Part shown: piece after piece, positions 1 to 27,899 of the stretch
Layout: each line of letters starts with the position of its first letter
How positions within the stretch are numbered: the stretch's first letter is position 1
NCBI GenBank assembly: GCA_963920595.1
Contig: OY986950.1
Coordinates: forward strand, 186,001-250,000
DNA from: Eimeria praecox
Lineage: Eukaryota
Length of the DNA: 64,000 nt
Direction: 5' to 3'
The notes under the pieces: generated by a model
The model's database searches: none
Seen by the model: the letters and a program-made list of their open reading frames with translations, nothing else
What the model was told of the DNA's origin: nothing
Position numbers and translations under genes: made by a program

Positions 1-45
1 CCAAAGTTAATCCAGTCCCCAATGCCCTGATGCTTCATCGTAGGT

Positions 46-841
46 GTGGACCCGATAAAAGCTATAACGGCGGAGATCAAAGCTGGTTGTAAAGACACGA
101 CTGCGGTGCGTCATAAATACTGGCCCTTACTTGAAAAAAGCAAGACAAAAATATCCAAAATTGCAGATGAATTAGGGCTAGGGCTGCTCTACGGGTATAC
201 CACAAGCAAGACGTATTCAGCGCTTTCTGAGTCGGGTCGCGCACTAGCTGCTGCTTGCAAGGGAAAATCACAATTGGATTTGCTTGCTCGAGGAACAAAG
301 CACCGTGAAATCATGGAGCTCCACCAATGCATGAAGCTTCGAGGTACGGTCATCAGCCATATATTGGTAGATTCAGCGGTACCGCCCAAAGACGACAGGG
401 CTGTAGACCTCAGCGAAGTTTGACACTGCATGTGCAGGTCAAGGAGTTGCTTTGTTACGCATCGCACTAAAGAACGTGAAAGCCCCAACAGCAGATGTTA
501 CAGGCAGGCTTTTCAGTTTTCTTGCGAAGATCCTTGCAATCCGCAAAGAGGGCACAAAGGGACTCTATAAAGTCTACCTCCAATGGGTCAAAGACGGTGA
601 AACCTCACAACAAATAAATGAGTGGAACGACAGCATCGAGGTTTTCGAATGCTCGTGGCATTCGTCACAGGAAGAGCAGAACCATATGCTGGCTGAGGCT
701 GGCAAAGTAAACGAACACGACTACGCTGCTGAAGGTTCTCCCGCGCCTGAACTCGAGTCTTGCAGCGGTAATTTACAAACCCTCCCAAATCCCGTTTCCC
801 TGAACCCTGTTTCGCACGCAGTCACAAGGGCAAAACGCTAG
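46..841 (+). pseudogene. Two adjacent ORFs in different frames; possible frameshifted gene fragment of unknown family
   Basis: ORFs 46-423 and 452-841 have protein-like composition, and their open frames overlap around 407-423. No plausible intron joins them and no motif was recognised. Confidence 0.2.
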
Positions 842-1675
842 GCTTCATGCTGCACAATACTGCACTGTGTATGATGCCACTCTATCTGCAGCGAACGCCG
901 GTGACGTACTGGATTTGCAACAGCCCCCGGCCAGCGTCCTCCCCGAAAATGTAATTTTTTCTACCATGTTGTAATGCATTTGCTAAAATGCGAGTTAGGA
1001 ATATGCTTTTTACTATTGGTATTGGCACCACGCCCAGCATGGCAAAGAGTGCAGCATACGCGCTTCCCCCAATTCATTCAAACAACTTAGAATTTAGCCG
1101 GCACAGTGACTAATTTGCACGAGTCAGTGACTAATTCGCGACGGCAGCCAAACTGGAGAAGCTTCGGCATAGGCTGCTTACACGCTATTCCCTGGGCCTC
1201 AGTGTCTCAGAAAGGTACTCTTTCCGGAAGGATTCGGTTTTTAATTGGGCAAGCGCAAAATAAACTATACCAGGAATTTCTCAGAAAGCAGTTTTTCACA
1301 AGCGGAGAGTCGGCAGGCCTCCCCCAGTTGTGATGCTTTTCGGCCAGAAATCGCCTTGCGCTTGAAAAATCCAGCACTGCTGAGGTAGCGTTTAGGTCGA
1401 GCTAGAAGTGCTTAGCGCAAGTATGGCGGTAAAAGCAGCAGGTAATCCACAAGCATATAACCAATGCAGCGGCTCAACGGTGCAGCTATAGCTAGACGAA
1501 CTAAATGCGCAGGAGGACCTGCGTAAAGGCAAACTAAATAATACGAAGAGTGCTTGCGTAAAGCAGCACTTGTGCTTTAGAGTGCCGTACCTCAAAACGC
1601 CCAGTATGTATATGCAATTGCCAAGATGCGCTGCCAAGCTGAAGGCTGGACAGTTTACACTACAAGAAAAGTAAG

Positions 1676-4600
1676 TCAGTGCAAGCAAAGCGAGCCGGTT
1701 TCATTCTGACATGAACAGGCCTCGACCTCGGGGCCCGACGATTTACAAGTACTTCCACCCTCGCAGTACTCCAATGAGCATTCGTCCTTTCCATTCAAAC
1801 CATCCGCTCCATTGTCTCCCAAATCAGTAGGAGCTGCCACCCAGGTTGGAGCTTCTGCAGTACAATTCGGCCCTTCCACAACGTCGCATGCACTCCACTC
1901 GTCGTCCACTATGCTATCGCCGAAAGTGCCTGAACCGTTAGATCCAGAAGTTACAGCCGATGAAGCTGCTGTGAAGGGCAACAAATCCTGCCCTTCCAAA
2001 GGTGTCCTTTTTTGCCTCTTGAGAACACTCCGTAGCTGTGAGATGAGGGACTGGGCCGCTATAGTCTCGGGTGAAAAGGATACGTTTCTTGCAGAGCACC
2101 CCTTGAGTTTCTGCTGATGGATTCGAAATGCTACTTGATCGTTGTCTAGGGTCTCTAAGTACGGAAGGGTACACGCTTCTTCCTGCTGGCTTGCCGCCTC
2201 AAGCACGATGTTCTCCGCATCCACTGGTGGTGAGCCAAGGAAACCCTGCTGCGCTACTCCCCTGGCATTCACGTCATCGCCACCAGCGCTTGTAAAGAGG
2301 GGCGCCGCCTTTTCTAGAAGGTCGTCTGCTCCTTCCCCTAGAGAAGTCGAGATTCTACCGGGAGACTGTGCTGCAGAAGAAAACCCGCCGTCTTCGCTGC
2401 TGCTAGCTGACACAACACGCACAACAGCTCTGTCTTCTGCCTTCCCGCATTCGGAACCATCAGCTTTGTCGCAAGCAATTATCGAAAGCTCCTTCAACAC
2501 GCGTGGGATGCACTGCCTTTCCTTCTCTTTTTTCTTCAGTTTCTGTTCCAGCTCCGCTAAAGTCATTTGGCTGCGCTCGCGCACAGCTGGGTCATCATCG
2601 GCAAAGGCTTCCCTTAGGCTTTCTTCTTCTTGAAATCTGCGCCTGTTGGTGATACATTCCTGCCCCACAGCTGTATATACCTCGAGGCACTGAACAGGCT
2701 CACCAACGACCGGCTGCTGCAGCTGTTCCGTCTCATCAGAGACGGGCTCCATTTCCGACGGTTTAAATGGGACATGATCCGATCTCCTCGCGTTGTCACA
2801 GGTTTTCAAGTGTTCAGCCTTCTCTCCTGTTAACCGCAGTGAGCTTTCTAGCTTTTGTCCTTCTTCCGATGCTACTCGCAGGTGTTGAAGTATCAAGTGC
2901 AAAACGCCACATAGCTGTGCATCTGCTCCTTCCTTCGCTTGCTGCCCCTCGTCCGCTACGCTGCGCTGGCTCATCAGGGACTCATAAGCACTGCCCCCAG
3001 ATTTCACGCTGCATGTGCCGGAAATGCAGTCAGTGTCGAGTTTTCCCTGTACGGGCAGACTATTTCCTGGATATTTGAAGTGACAGCAGTTGGCTGCTGC
3101 AGGGAGACGCAGGAGAGCAAGAGATGCAGCAACGTTACGACTCATCGACGCCAGCGCAGATCGGTGATTGTCGGACGCAATCTTAAATAAGGTGCCCGAG
3201 TACTGGGAGGCACTCGCGGGTGGACAAACAGCCCAGTGCGTCAGCTTAAGACTCTTTGCGTCAGCGTCTGTACAAATGTACGGCGATTCTGCCTTCCTGC
3301 GCACCCCTTCACCCCATCGAGGCTGGGGCAAAAGAACAGGACACGATGCCCAGTCTTCTTCTAGAATCATCCGCACAGCGTTCGCTGCCTCTGCAGCTAC
3401 CTGTCCAGCAGCAGACAATGCAGCTCTAAGCCTGTAAAGCCGGTTAAAAACCCACCACCCCGCTCGTATTCCGTCAACCACTGCTTCAACGACAGCACAT
3501 GCACCTAATAATCCACGGCCCACAGTCACACATACGGTCCAAGCCCAGGTAAACCGCTTTGGGCATCTAGGTACCTCATTTTCAGCAACTGCAACTGTTG
3601 ATGTGGGGGGTTCTTGAGCTCGGTTTTGCCCACTGGCTGTTGGACAGGAAGTGCAGCTGTTGCCGCTAGGCCTAGGGGAGCAGCTCTTGAGAAGTTGAGC
3701 ATCCCCTCCTACATCGCCTGCTTTTGAAGCCTGATCTATTTCTTCACGCAGCGATTTTCCTCCGCCGTTTGCTGAATGATGCTCCTGTGATCCTAGGATT
3801 GCCTGCTTCAGGACGCGGCTCGCATGGCGAGTCAACTTTTTTCTCGGATTAGGGAAAGGAACAGCCCTCACATTGCATCCGAGTTTCCGTTTCACAGCAA
3901 AGTCTACCCTCAAAAGTCGGGAATCTAGTGAGAACAACAGATGCCTCAATGCTATCTGAATGCCTCCTAAAAGCCTCGAGTGCAAAAGCCAGCTCCTGGC
4001 TGTCATTTCTTTTAGAACCCGAAGGCTTCCATCAAACTGGTGGCTACCACAACTGCTTTGTTCAGCATGTCTCCACGGCCCTCGAGAAATTTGGCTTTTC
4101 CAGGCAAGCCGCCTGCCTGGCTCCCATCTAACTATGTCTTCGTATAAGGAGCAGAGGACGCGCTGCTGCCAGTCCAGCACCTGGTAAAGGCGCATCCTCA
4201 AGTGCCACGCGCATGACTCCTGCAAACGTGAACCATTTTGCTGCAATTGCTCCCATTCCATTGCTCTTGCCCCATCATTCTGGCAGCATGGGAGATCTCC
4301 GCAGTGGGGTGGACCAATGACAGCAACTTCGCGAAGAGGCTGTGAAGAGCCACAGGCTTGTTGGCCGTGGCTATCAGCGCATGGCGATGCAGGTGGGGAC
4401 GCACCTGTAACCCCCTGATTGAGCTTCGCATAGGCACCTGAAAAAGTCTTAAAGGTGACTTCAAGCTCTTGTATCCATCTGAAAAGGACAACGCAAATCC
4501 TCATAACATAAATTCTCATTAGAGGCGAAACGAATGAAGCTGACATCCAACAGCAATCAATACATATGTGGCGCACGGAGAGTCGTTTGCTGCAAGTGCC

Positions 4601-5392
4601 TAGGCGTTTGGAGCGGTAGATTTAGTGACAAGCACACCTCACTGCTTCTCCGGCAAGCTTGTGCTGAAGAGTCAAGTCAGCGACCAGTTGGTAGATCCTT
4701 TTCGCACAGCGATGCGCCGAGAGTTCTAACTGTCCCCACACGACTGCGCAGCTCGCTACTATGGCAAACGTAAATACTGCCGGGGCAGCAATAACAAACT
4801 GAGCAAAACTGCTCCTAAAAAATAGTACGATGACCGCCCCAACCGCAGCCGCTGAGGAAATAATGGCGCCGCATTTTAGCTGTGCGAAAGAAAGGCAGGG
4901 GCTCCACGATGCACGCAAACAGCTCCTATCCGACAGCACCCATGGCTCTACTGATTGAGTAGCCGGAAAGCTAGCACCTGGTCTCACTCCCGCCTTGGTA
5001 GTATTCAGCGCTACTGGTCCTGCTGAACCTGCGGTCCCTTCAAGAGGCCACAGCTTCCCCGAGATATGTTGTTTTCTAGAGGGATCCCCTCGAGCCGTGA
5101 TTGCGTTTTGGCTATCGAAGTAGCCGTACATCGAAGCCGCAGCATGAACTTCCACGAAAAGCCTTCGTATACAGCCCGAAAGAGCCCGGTGAAATGCACC
5201 CGTTGTAGTGTCAACTATTCTAGACCATCTTGCTTCGAGATTTGCCAAGCATGCGTTCTGCGTGTCAGGTCCCAGAGACAGTTTCGAAGCCACATTTCCT
5301 GGCTCCGAGCAACGAAATAAACTCTCAGGCGATTCTGGGTGCTTCATGATGCGGCAGCCGTTGCCGAGGGCTGGACAGCTTGATATGACCAT
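1676..5392 (-). CDS. Hypothetical membrane protein, at least 2 exons (about 5392-4638 and 4478-1676)
   Basis: The 256-aa and 966-aa ORFs join in phase through a GT-AG intron at 4637-4479 (…GEAV-R-WIQELEV…). Two hydrophobic segments precede the junction. The start codon is uncertain (5392 or 5347). Confidence 0.65.
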
Positions 5393-6890
5393 AAATACCG
5401 CGAGGGTTAGAGATGAAATGATCTCGCATGTCTCCGAATGGGGCTAAAGAGGTCAAACCTACTGACCGCCCACGCTGTTTTATGAGCTGCACATATGGAT
5501 GGAACGCTCACAGTTGGCAAGGTCTGCAGTGCTCTGTCCAACAGTGCGAAGAATGGGGACAGTGCGCTCCTGGAATACTGTTAACAGATGTAAAGGAATC
5601 CGGGAGCATTTTGTTTCGAGCTGCCCAGGTGCGGGGAGGGTGCACACCAGGAAACTCAAAGGGAAAGGAATAAGTGTTGCATTGGTCACAAGTGGACCAT
5701 CGCCCTCTAATAGTGATCGTTCGCATGCGCTATTGACTTCAAGACATCTCAACACAAATACATTTTCTCGTATTTTCAGGTTCGTAAAAATGATAATACA
5801 GCTTATCTTCCCCCAGCCACCCAACTCCAACTAGCATAGGGCATGCATGCTTTTGTCCAATACCCGCTTTGCGCAGACGGCTTGCAGAGTCTTCAGCTGC
5901 GTTAGTGATTTCGAAGTGGTTATCTAGTTACCTGTCGTATTAATATTGCACAGTTTATCTATGCGTCAAGCGAGCAAGAGGAAGCAAGAATTTCGCCATG
6001 CTTCCCTTCGTCAGCACCGTTGCCGACTCACGCGGCGTGCGAATGTGCGTAACACCAGTTGACAGGGGCTAGTAGTCTCAAATTTTCAAATATAAGCCTC
6101 TTATTCTATTATAACTACCGATGGTGATTCATTTTGCCGTTGGACAGGCGCATCGTGCCACGCGTTAGGGCTGCTCATCTGGGAAGTGGTGGCGGCAGGG
6201 CTCAATCTGGGTTTTACGCAAAGCATCAACGGTGAATTGCCTAGTTTACTTCTCTTTCCTTGTCTTAGGCAAGGGGCTAGTGGTTTAATACAGTGGTGCC
6301 CTTTATTCCGAAGTCGGTGCCGCTTGTTGCTGCCATACTGAATGAAAGCCGCCCTAAGGCGTTTCGGTAGTGGATACGCCACCGACCAGAGGCGACGTGA
6401 CGACCCTGGGGATGGAAATGTTTGCGTTTAGTGTCACGTTGAATAATCCTGTGGATTATTGTCCAGGGGTGGCCTTTCGTACAGGAATCTACTGAAGACC
6501 GCTGGCACTCAGGCTAACGATAACAGAGAGTACGTAGCGTCCGCATGACTGTGGGCATGATGTGCAAGGGGGTTTTAGCGACAGACCACAAAACGAAGAA
6601 CTCCGATCTTATTAAAAAGCGCAGGAAGCAGCGTTGGCGTTGCGCATGTTTCTGAACACACTTGCACCGCGTGCTGGTTGTTTCGTATGGCCTCTCTCCT
6701 GAGAGGATGACTTCTTCCCTCACGTAGGAGAAGAATGTGGTATAGGGGCAGTAGCTATTAAGATGCACGTACATTTCTGTAATGCCACGTGGTTCACTGT
6801 CGGAGCGTATTATTACATCAATGTTGTCTGGCACAGCATGGTATGGAGCTTGGCGGAAGCTTCCACGGGGAACCTCTTCGCTTAGGACTG

Positions 6891-21836
<14,946 letters not shown>

Positions 21837-24001
21837 TTTCACTTTTAACCCCAGTCACAAGAGGGTCACTGTCTGCGCTCGCTGAGCTGCACATGCTGGC
21901 GGGTCGGTAGAGATAATCGTCACGGCGCGGACAGAGTCCTCGGCATATCCCCAAAAATGGACAAAGCTTGCTTGACTTTGTGTAATAAAACACTTAAGGC
22001 TCAATCCAGACTTCGCCCCGTAATATGCTGGTATTTAGGGCGGTGAATTTAAATACAAGACTCCCTTTTGCAGCGGGGGACGATGGCCTCTGAATGGTGC
22101 CGTCTCGCCTGTATCCAGGGCAGTTGTGGCCTAGTCAGCCAGCAAATTTTCGATCTTGTATTTGTCTCTATCAGTTAAAGCAAAAAAACGTGTACTGGAG
22201 AAGTGTTATGCTGCTCAAGCCACGGGCTGCGAAGTCCCCGTGCCCTTGCCGGTCAGCGCGTGGCGAAGCCTGTAGCCCCACGGTCGAGCAGAGAGGCCCC
22301 CGTAGTGCTGCTGCCGTTGCAGCTCTTGTAATCCCGTTAACGCCTAAATAACTGGGTAGTTTTTATTACACTCAACGAGAAAATAATTACGCCAAATAGT
22401 GTGTTGTTGACGTTACGGATAGGCCTTATCTGAATGCTGCGAACGACAATTCAGCCGCGAGACTCGCCGAGACGGAAAATCGCGAGCACAACCGGCATCC
22501 CTTGGCGCTCTCCAAAGACCAATAAAGCGAATACTACTAACATTTTTGCGCTTAAGTATTAAGATTTAACACTGTATTTCACTCATGGGTAGAGCGAGAC
22601 ACGAGCAAACGTTCAACATTTCCCGTGCATTTGCAGCGTGCTCGTCTTGTCGAGTTGTTATGGATTGAGGCCTCTGCACAACAGCAAGGCTCGCTAAACA
22701 TATTGGCCGCTTAATGCAACGGACGTTTTGCTCGTTGTGCTCACGTTACGTGGGGGGCGAAGCATGGGAAGGAGAATACCGTTTGTAACCGGAGCGGTAG
22801 CACGGAGTGTCTTAAGTTGCCATATTGTATTCCTACTTGCTTGCAGACTGCCCACTGAGGGCCAAGTAGTTTTTAACAATCGTCTGCAATGTTTGTGCAT
22901 GCAGCAAAAGGGGAGTGGGCATGCCTCTGAGGTACCTGCGGCAGACGCTGCACCACGGCGTCCTGCAACAAATAGCAGACCGCCTCCTCACCACACTAAC
23001 CCCAGCCCCTTCTCTAGCTGGGCGTCGACAGCCTCGTGAGCGAAGGCAAAGCTAGCTGCTTTGGCGGTAGTTTTATTTTAAGTCCTCGACTGCATTGCAG
23101 GCTCAAGTGTGCGTTCGGCTACGGCAGAGGGCTCTGGTTACAATTACGGCATTCGCTGGCATCTACACTTGTTTGCTGTAATGATCATAAGAAGCAAAAA
23201 ATAACTTCCCAGGTCTAACAATCCCTGCGAATTTGCGCAGCCTCTTGCAGCCCTGCTTAACCGCTCTTGCACAATGGACCACCATCAAAGCCACACTGTA
23301 GTGGCAAACCCCTCAACATAACCAAACTGCGCTGCTGCTGAAAGTGCAGCTTCCGGGCCTAGTTGACTGTATCTTCAAGCATGGCACCCTGTGTGGGCTT
23401 TCCAATGCAGCCAGCGCCACATAAGGTACAGCGAAAAAGTGAGACAGTCTCACTCAGACACTCGCAAAGGTAGCTTGCAGCCAGCGAAAAGCATCGCTTG
23501 CTGCCAGGGCAAACAAAGCCAGCAATCCAAATAAGGAAAGCTAACTGGCGAGCTAAGGCTGCAACTCAAGCTTGCGCCTCGACCAGTTTGTCTGACGTGT
23601 ACAAGCCAGGTCCTTGACCACTGACCAGGGCTTTCCCTGCGTAGCATCTAACGAGATATTGTGAAGATATTGACATCCCTGAAAAGAGGGAGGAGACAAA
23701 GAGTAGAAAATGCACGACCAGTCGCCCCACACATTCAAATCAAAGGACGAAAGAACTATGCACTTGAATTCATGCGGCTTAAATGGAACGGATAACAGTT
23801 CAGCAACTGGTAAGCAACACGTGTTTAACACCAACGGTCCGCGCAGAAGCTCCTTCCTCCAGACTAATGACAGCCGGCAGGCTGAGAACGTCCACTCAAT
23901 TCCGCAGCAACACCGCTTCCCGGCGATCTCGTTTGTGAGCTGCTGGTACTGGGTTGTGTTGCGGGGAAGCGTACGAACAGGAAGCCCACGCTCCCTAACA
24001 C

Positions 24002-27000
24002 TCAAATGCTGGGGTTGAGATGGCACTCGATAATAGACAAGGCATTTCCTGAGGAGGCAGACTTAGAACCTGCATCATTTTCGTCCCTTACACTGGCCTT
24101 GTGATTCGCATCGGAATTTGCTTCTCTGCCACTGAAACCATTGGAGCCTTTCGAGCAGTCAGACGCATCAGACGGCCCGAAGGCTTCAGAACTGCACGAG
24201 CGAACGGAGAGAGGTGGTGAGCACGAGTTCAGTTCAGTGTTGTGCAGCAGCAACTCGCGTGCGCGCCGGCCTTCTTCTGAGTCCTCAGCCAACAAAACGT
24301 CAAGCATGTCATCGCTACTCGATTTCATGAGGGACGCGTGGCCCGTTGGACTGCACGCAAACAATGAATGCACACCGCCCGCAGTAACTCACCAGCAGCC
24401 CCATTCGTTCCAATCTCGCTAGTCTGCACAACAACACCAGCTACAGTAACCAGCGTATAGTCTCTATTACTAATTGCGGAAACAAAAAAGATTCAGCAAA
24501 TGATAAAATGGCGCACATGCGGCCACGGATACGAGCGTAACGCCCTGAATGGCGTTCAGAGTCGTGCCAATTTGCGTCGGCGTCCTTATCCTGTGCAGCA
24601 CAAAACGCAGCTTACATTCACCACCCTTCTGCAGCTCAATACGTCTGCAAGACTCCTTACGTTAACCTATGTGCACTTGGGGAGGATATAGGTACTGTAC
24701 CTGAATTTCCTGCACAGTCCCCAACGACACTGAAGAGCCACGCCTGACCACCTCGTTCTCATTTGTACCCGCACCGCCACTTCTGCAGCATTGCCAAAAA
24801 GCAAATCTCGAATCCTTATCGCTAAGCCCTAAAGGCCCATCCTTGAAAGTGCAACAAGTGCCTACATATGCTACAAACAGCAAGTCAACTCGAGAAAAAT
24901 GCAAGGCTCTCTACTATGCTGAATGTGCAACGCACGGGCAGAAGCAACAGAAGTAGGAAAAGGGGCCATCGTCCATTTTCTTTGTTGTTGAATGCCGGGT
25001 TTCGCTAGCAGCTGAGCTTGGCTGCGACAAGGGAAAGCATCAGAAACGACAAAACCTCAAAGACCGCAAAACCTCGATGTGGCGTCAACGGAACTATTGT
25101 ACACCACCATATATAGCAAGACCCCGTCGTAATTAGCAATAAGTAGGCAAAGACGGACTATCTCCTCGTTGCAGTGTCAGCAAAGCTAATATACCCCGCC
25201 AAAACAGCTGAAATGCTCATAAGAACAGGGAAGTCCCCGAGGGGATATGTGAGCACGCTAACCGTCTTTGAGGCGGAACTGTCACTTCCTACGCTCTTTT
25301 CCTCTGTGTCATCATCAGACTTGTTCGCTGGCTCTTGGAGGTCATCAGCTGAAAAACAGTGCGTAACCCAAAGCGCATATACTATACTCAGCTTGACGAA
25401 TACGCGCACTCCCGACAGAACCACGTTTGTTGCTGCTCACTATGACTTGATTACTAGCTCACAAAACAATGACATGAATCGTATCATTTCTTGTTTCGTT
25501 ACGTCGTATTTTGCCGTCGACGTACCTGTGAAGTTGAACTTGGCATATCCCGTTGCCTTCCTCACCTTCTTCCTTGTAAACTCCGCCTTGACTGGCTGGT
25601 GAGACACTTCAGCTGCATCATCTTTACCGTAGTCCTGCGCACAATGCCACAAATCAACGGCAGCATTTAAATAGCTGCCTATGCGTGATGCTGAGTTCCG
25701 CCTGAGTTGTATCTGTCAGCCAGAAGGCAGTCGGTGCTGTCAGCCGCCGCGGCCGTAAGATCAAAACCCCATCACATTTTGATGGTGTTAAGGCAGCAAT
25801 GCCATACAGATTAAGCTCAAAACGAAGCAGCGGAGTGCTCCTACCTTAGGCGCCACCATCGATACGGAATGCCTGAACTCCACCTTTCCCTTACCGGCGG
25901 CGGGGAAATCCCATTCCGCCTCTTTATCTGCACCGCCAAGCCAAAGGCATTAGATTTCGAACATGCAAAAACCCACGTCCCCAATCTCAAGGAATGGGTT
26001 GACAACGCAGGGAGAAGTTGAGCCAGAACACTCGGATGCACGAAAAAGAAAAGGAGAAAACGCTTGCAAACAAGAAAGAAAATACTCCGGCTTAACCCCC
26101 AGGTCAAGGGAGTGGCGAATGTGGCGTGTACCCGTCTCTACGATGTCTTCAAGGCGGCTGTCTTCGGGCTGAAGTCCTTCTGCCTTTACTTTAGAGGTTA
26201 TACTTTTAATGGTGTCATGGTAGTCGACCTTGTTTAACGCCATTAGCTCTCCTGCCTGAGGCCCAACACCAGTACAACGAAGCCGCAAGCAAAGCAGTCA
26301 GCTGCTGAGTATTAGCAGCAGTGCTGCGACAGAAACTACTCGGTGTTGTTTGCGCTTAGGAGGCGTATCTTTGTTCCCGTTCTCAAACACATTAATTGCT
26401 CATCATCCCGTCCTCATAAGCATATCACCCACACAGCTGTAATGCACTCTATACTAACGCCTTCCCAGAGCAAATCACCAACACAAGCAGGCTCACCAAT
26501 GTGCCGGCACGCAATGAGACGACTTGGAGGCGGTTAAAGAACGACGTCATGCAGTACAGCGCGGCCGCCCCCTCAGCGCTCGAAAGATCTGCCTTTTCAA
26601 AGAACTTGCTGAAAACCTACAAAAAAGGAAAACCAAAAGCCCGTCTGCGCATAGCTGATCAATTCGAATGCAAACACACGTCTAGGCCCAGAAACAAACA
26701 ACGCATGCACAGAAGGGGCACTATGGGGAATCGATGGCTAACTTCCAGGCTAGTAGACGTGAAACGCTGAAGAAATTTCATTTCCTTCTGCAGGGTCTCT
26801 TGTGTGTAATCATCTTCCTCCAGATCCATCAAACAAGTGCCCTGGAGAGGGGCGTAAGCGAGGCAGTACAAATCCTGAAGGCAAGGCAGGGAACACTCGA
26901 TTACGAAACGTTCTTGAGGCGTGGGAACAATAGTATAATGGAATACAAAGGCAAATCAAAAGCAACGACGGTGAGCAGAGCCCATGAACGCACTAGCACG

Positions 27001-27172
27001 AATCTAAACCGGAAATACTACCGAAACAACCGAGAGGAAACGCACAACTGACCAAACGCAGAGGCATAACTGTAATAAGCCGAATCAGAAAAAAATTAAG
27101 TGGTGTCCATTGATACGTGGAGGGAAAGGGTGAACAGAAACGGCATCTACGCTGTCGCACCTGGAGTGCCAT
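24002..27172 (-). CDS. Hypothetical multi-exon protein; 3' end uncertain
   Basis: In-phase GT-AG exon chain read manually: MALQ | DLYCLAYAPLQG…TSLE | VFSKFFEKADL…RAGTL | AGELMALNKVDY…IVET | DKEAEWDFP…VAPK | DYGKDD…RKATGYAKFNFT | ADDLQEP…ASKT. Less certain exons follow near 24780-24700 and 24350-24002. Confidence 0.6.
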
Positions 27173-27899
27173 CTTGGAAAGGACCGGAAAACCGAAGGAG
27201 GATCTCCAAGACACAAGTTGAATTCTTGAGGTGGACGAGGAGTAGCCACGTCCGTCGCTCCTTGAAGAGCGCCAAGTTCCCACTCGCACTAAATAATATT
27301 CACGTCAACTGTGTTAAGCATCCAGTTGGAGTGGGCGCCCTTCAAAGCAGGACGGCGCAAGAGGAGACCCCTGATGCGTCCCCAGGTCCTTTCTTCGCGT
27401 AGCTGAGCTATAACAAACCACAAAGTGGTGTTTGCACCCTTATCAGGGGGACTCCTATACAAAGAGCCGTCGAGGCACTCGATGGCTCCCTGTTTGCGCT
27501 AGGGCGCTCAGAAGCGGGGTCGAATGACCGGCCCGTTGTGAGTCACAAAGCCTCCTTAACTGTCAGGAGGAGTATCTAATAAAAGTAAAGCTTCGTCTAT
27601 TCAAGCCTAGTTCCTATTCTTTTACTCCGTTGGGGCGTTTCCTATTCCGTTCGGGATGGAACGTGGTGGTCAGTTGAACTGTTTCGCCCTTCGCAAACAA
27701 TTTGGGTGTTTATCGTGCTATTTGCGTACACACATGCGGCTTTTCCAGGAAACGAACAGATAAATGGACCAATAAGTAGTGCCAACGGCGGTACAGGCGG
27801 CAGGTGAACGAAGTTTACCACATCTCTAGCCAGAAGGCTGCTGGCGTCGGGCTTCGCTGGTGTTGAGCCCCACCTGCTTCTCAAGAAGCTGAAAGGTGG

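Noticed and set aside
1104..1136. Direct repeat CAGTGACTAATT x2
   Set aside because: It is too short and isolated to support a regulatory call.
26075..26135. Globin-like peptide GTRHIRHSLDLGVKPEYF in ORF 25950-26288
   Set aside because: It lies after a plausible phase-1 donor (ACG G|GTACAC) that splices in frame to the next exon, so it is probably intronic. No other globin features are present.
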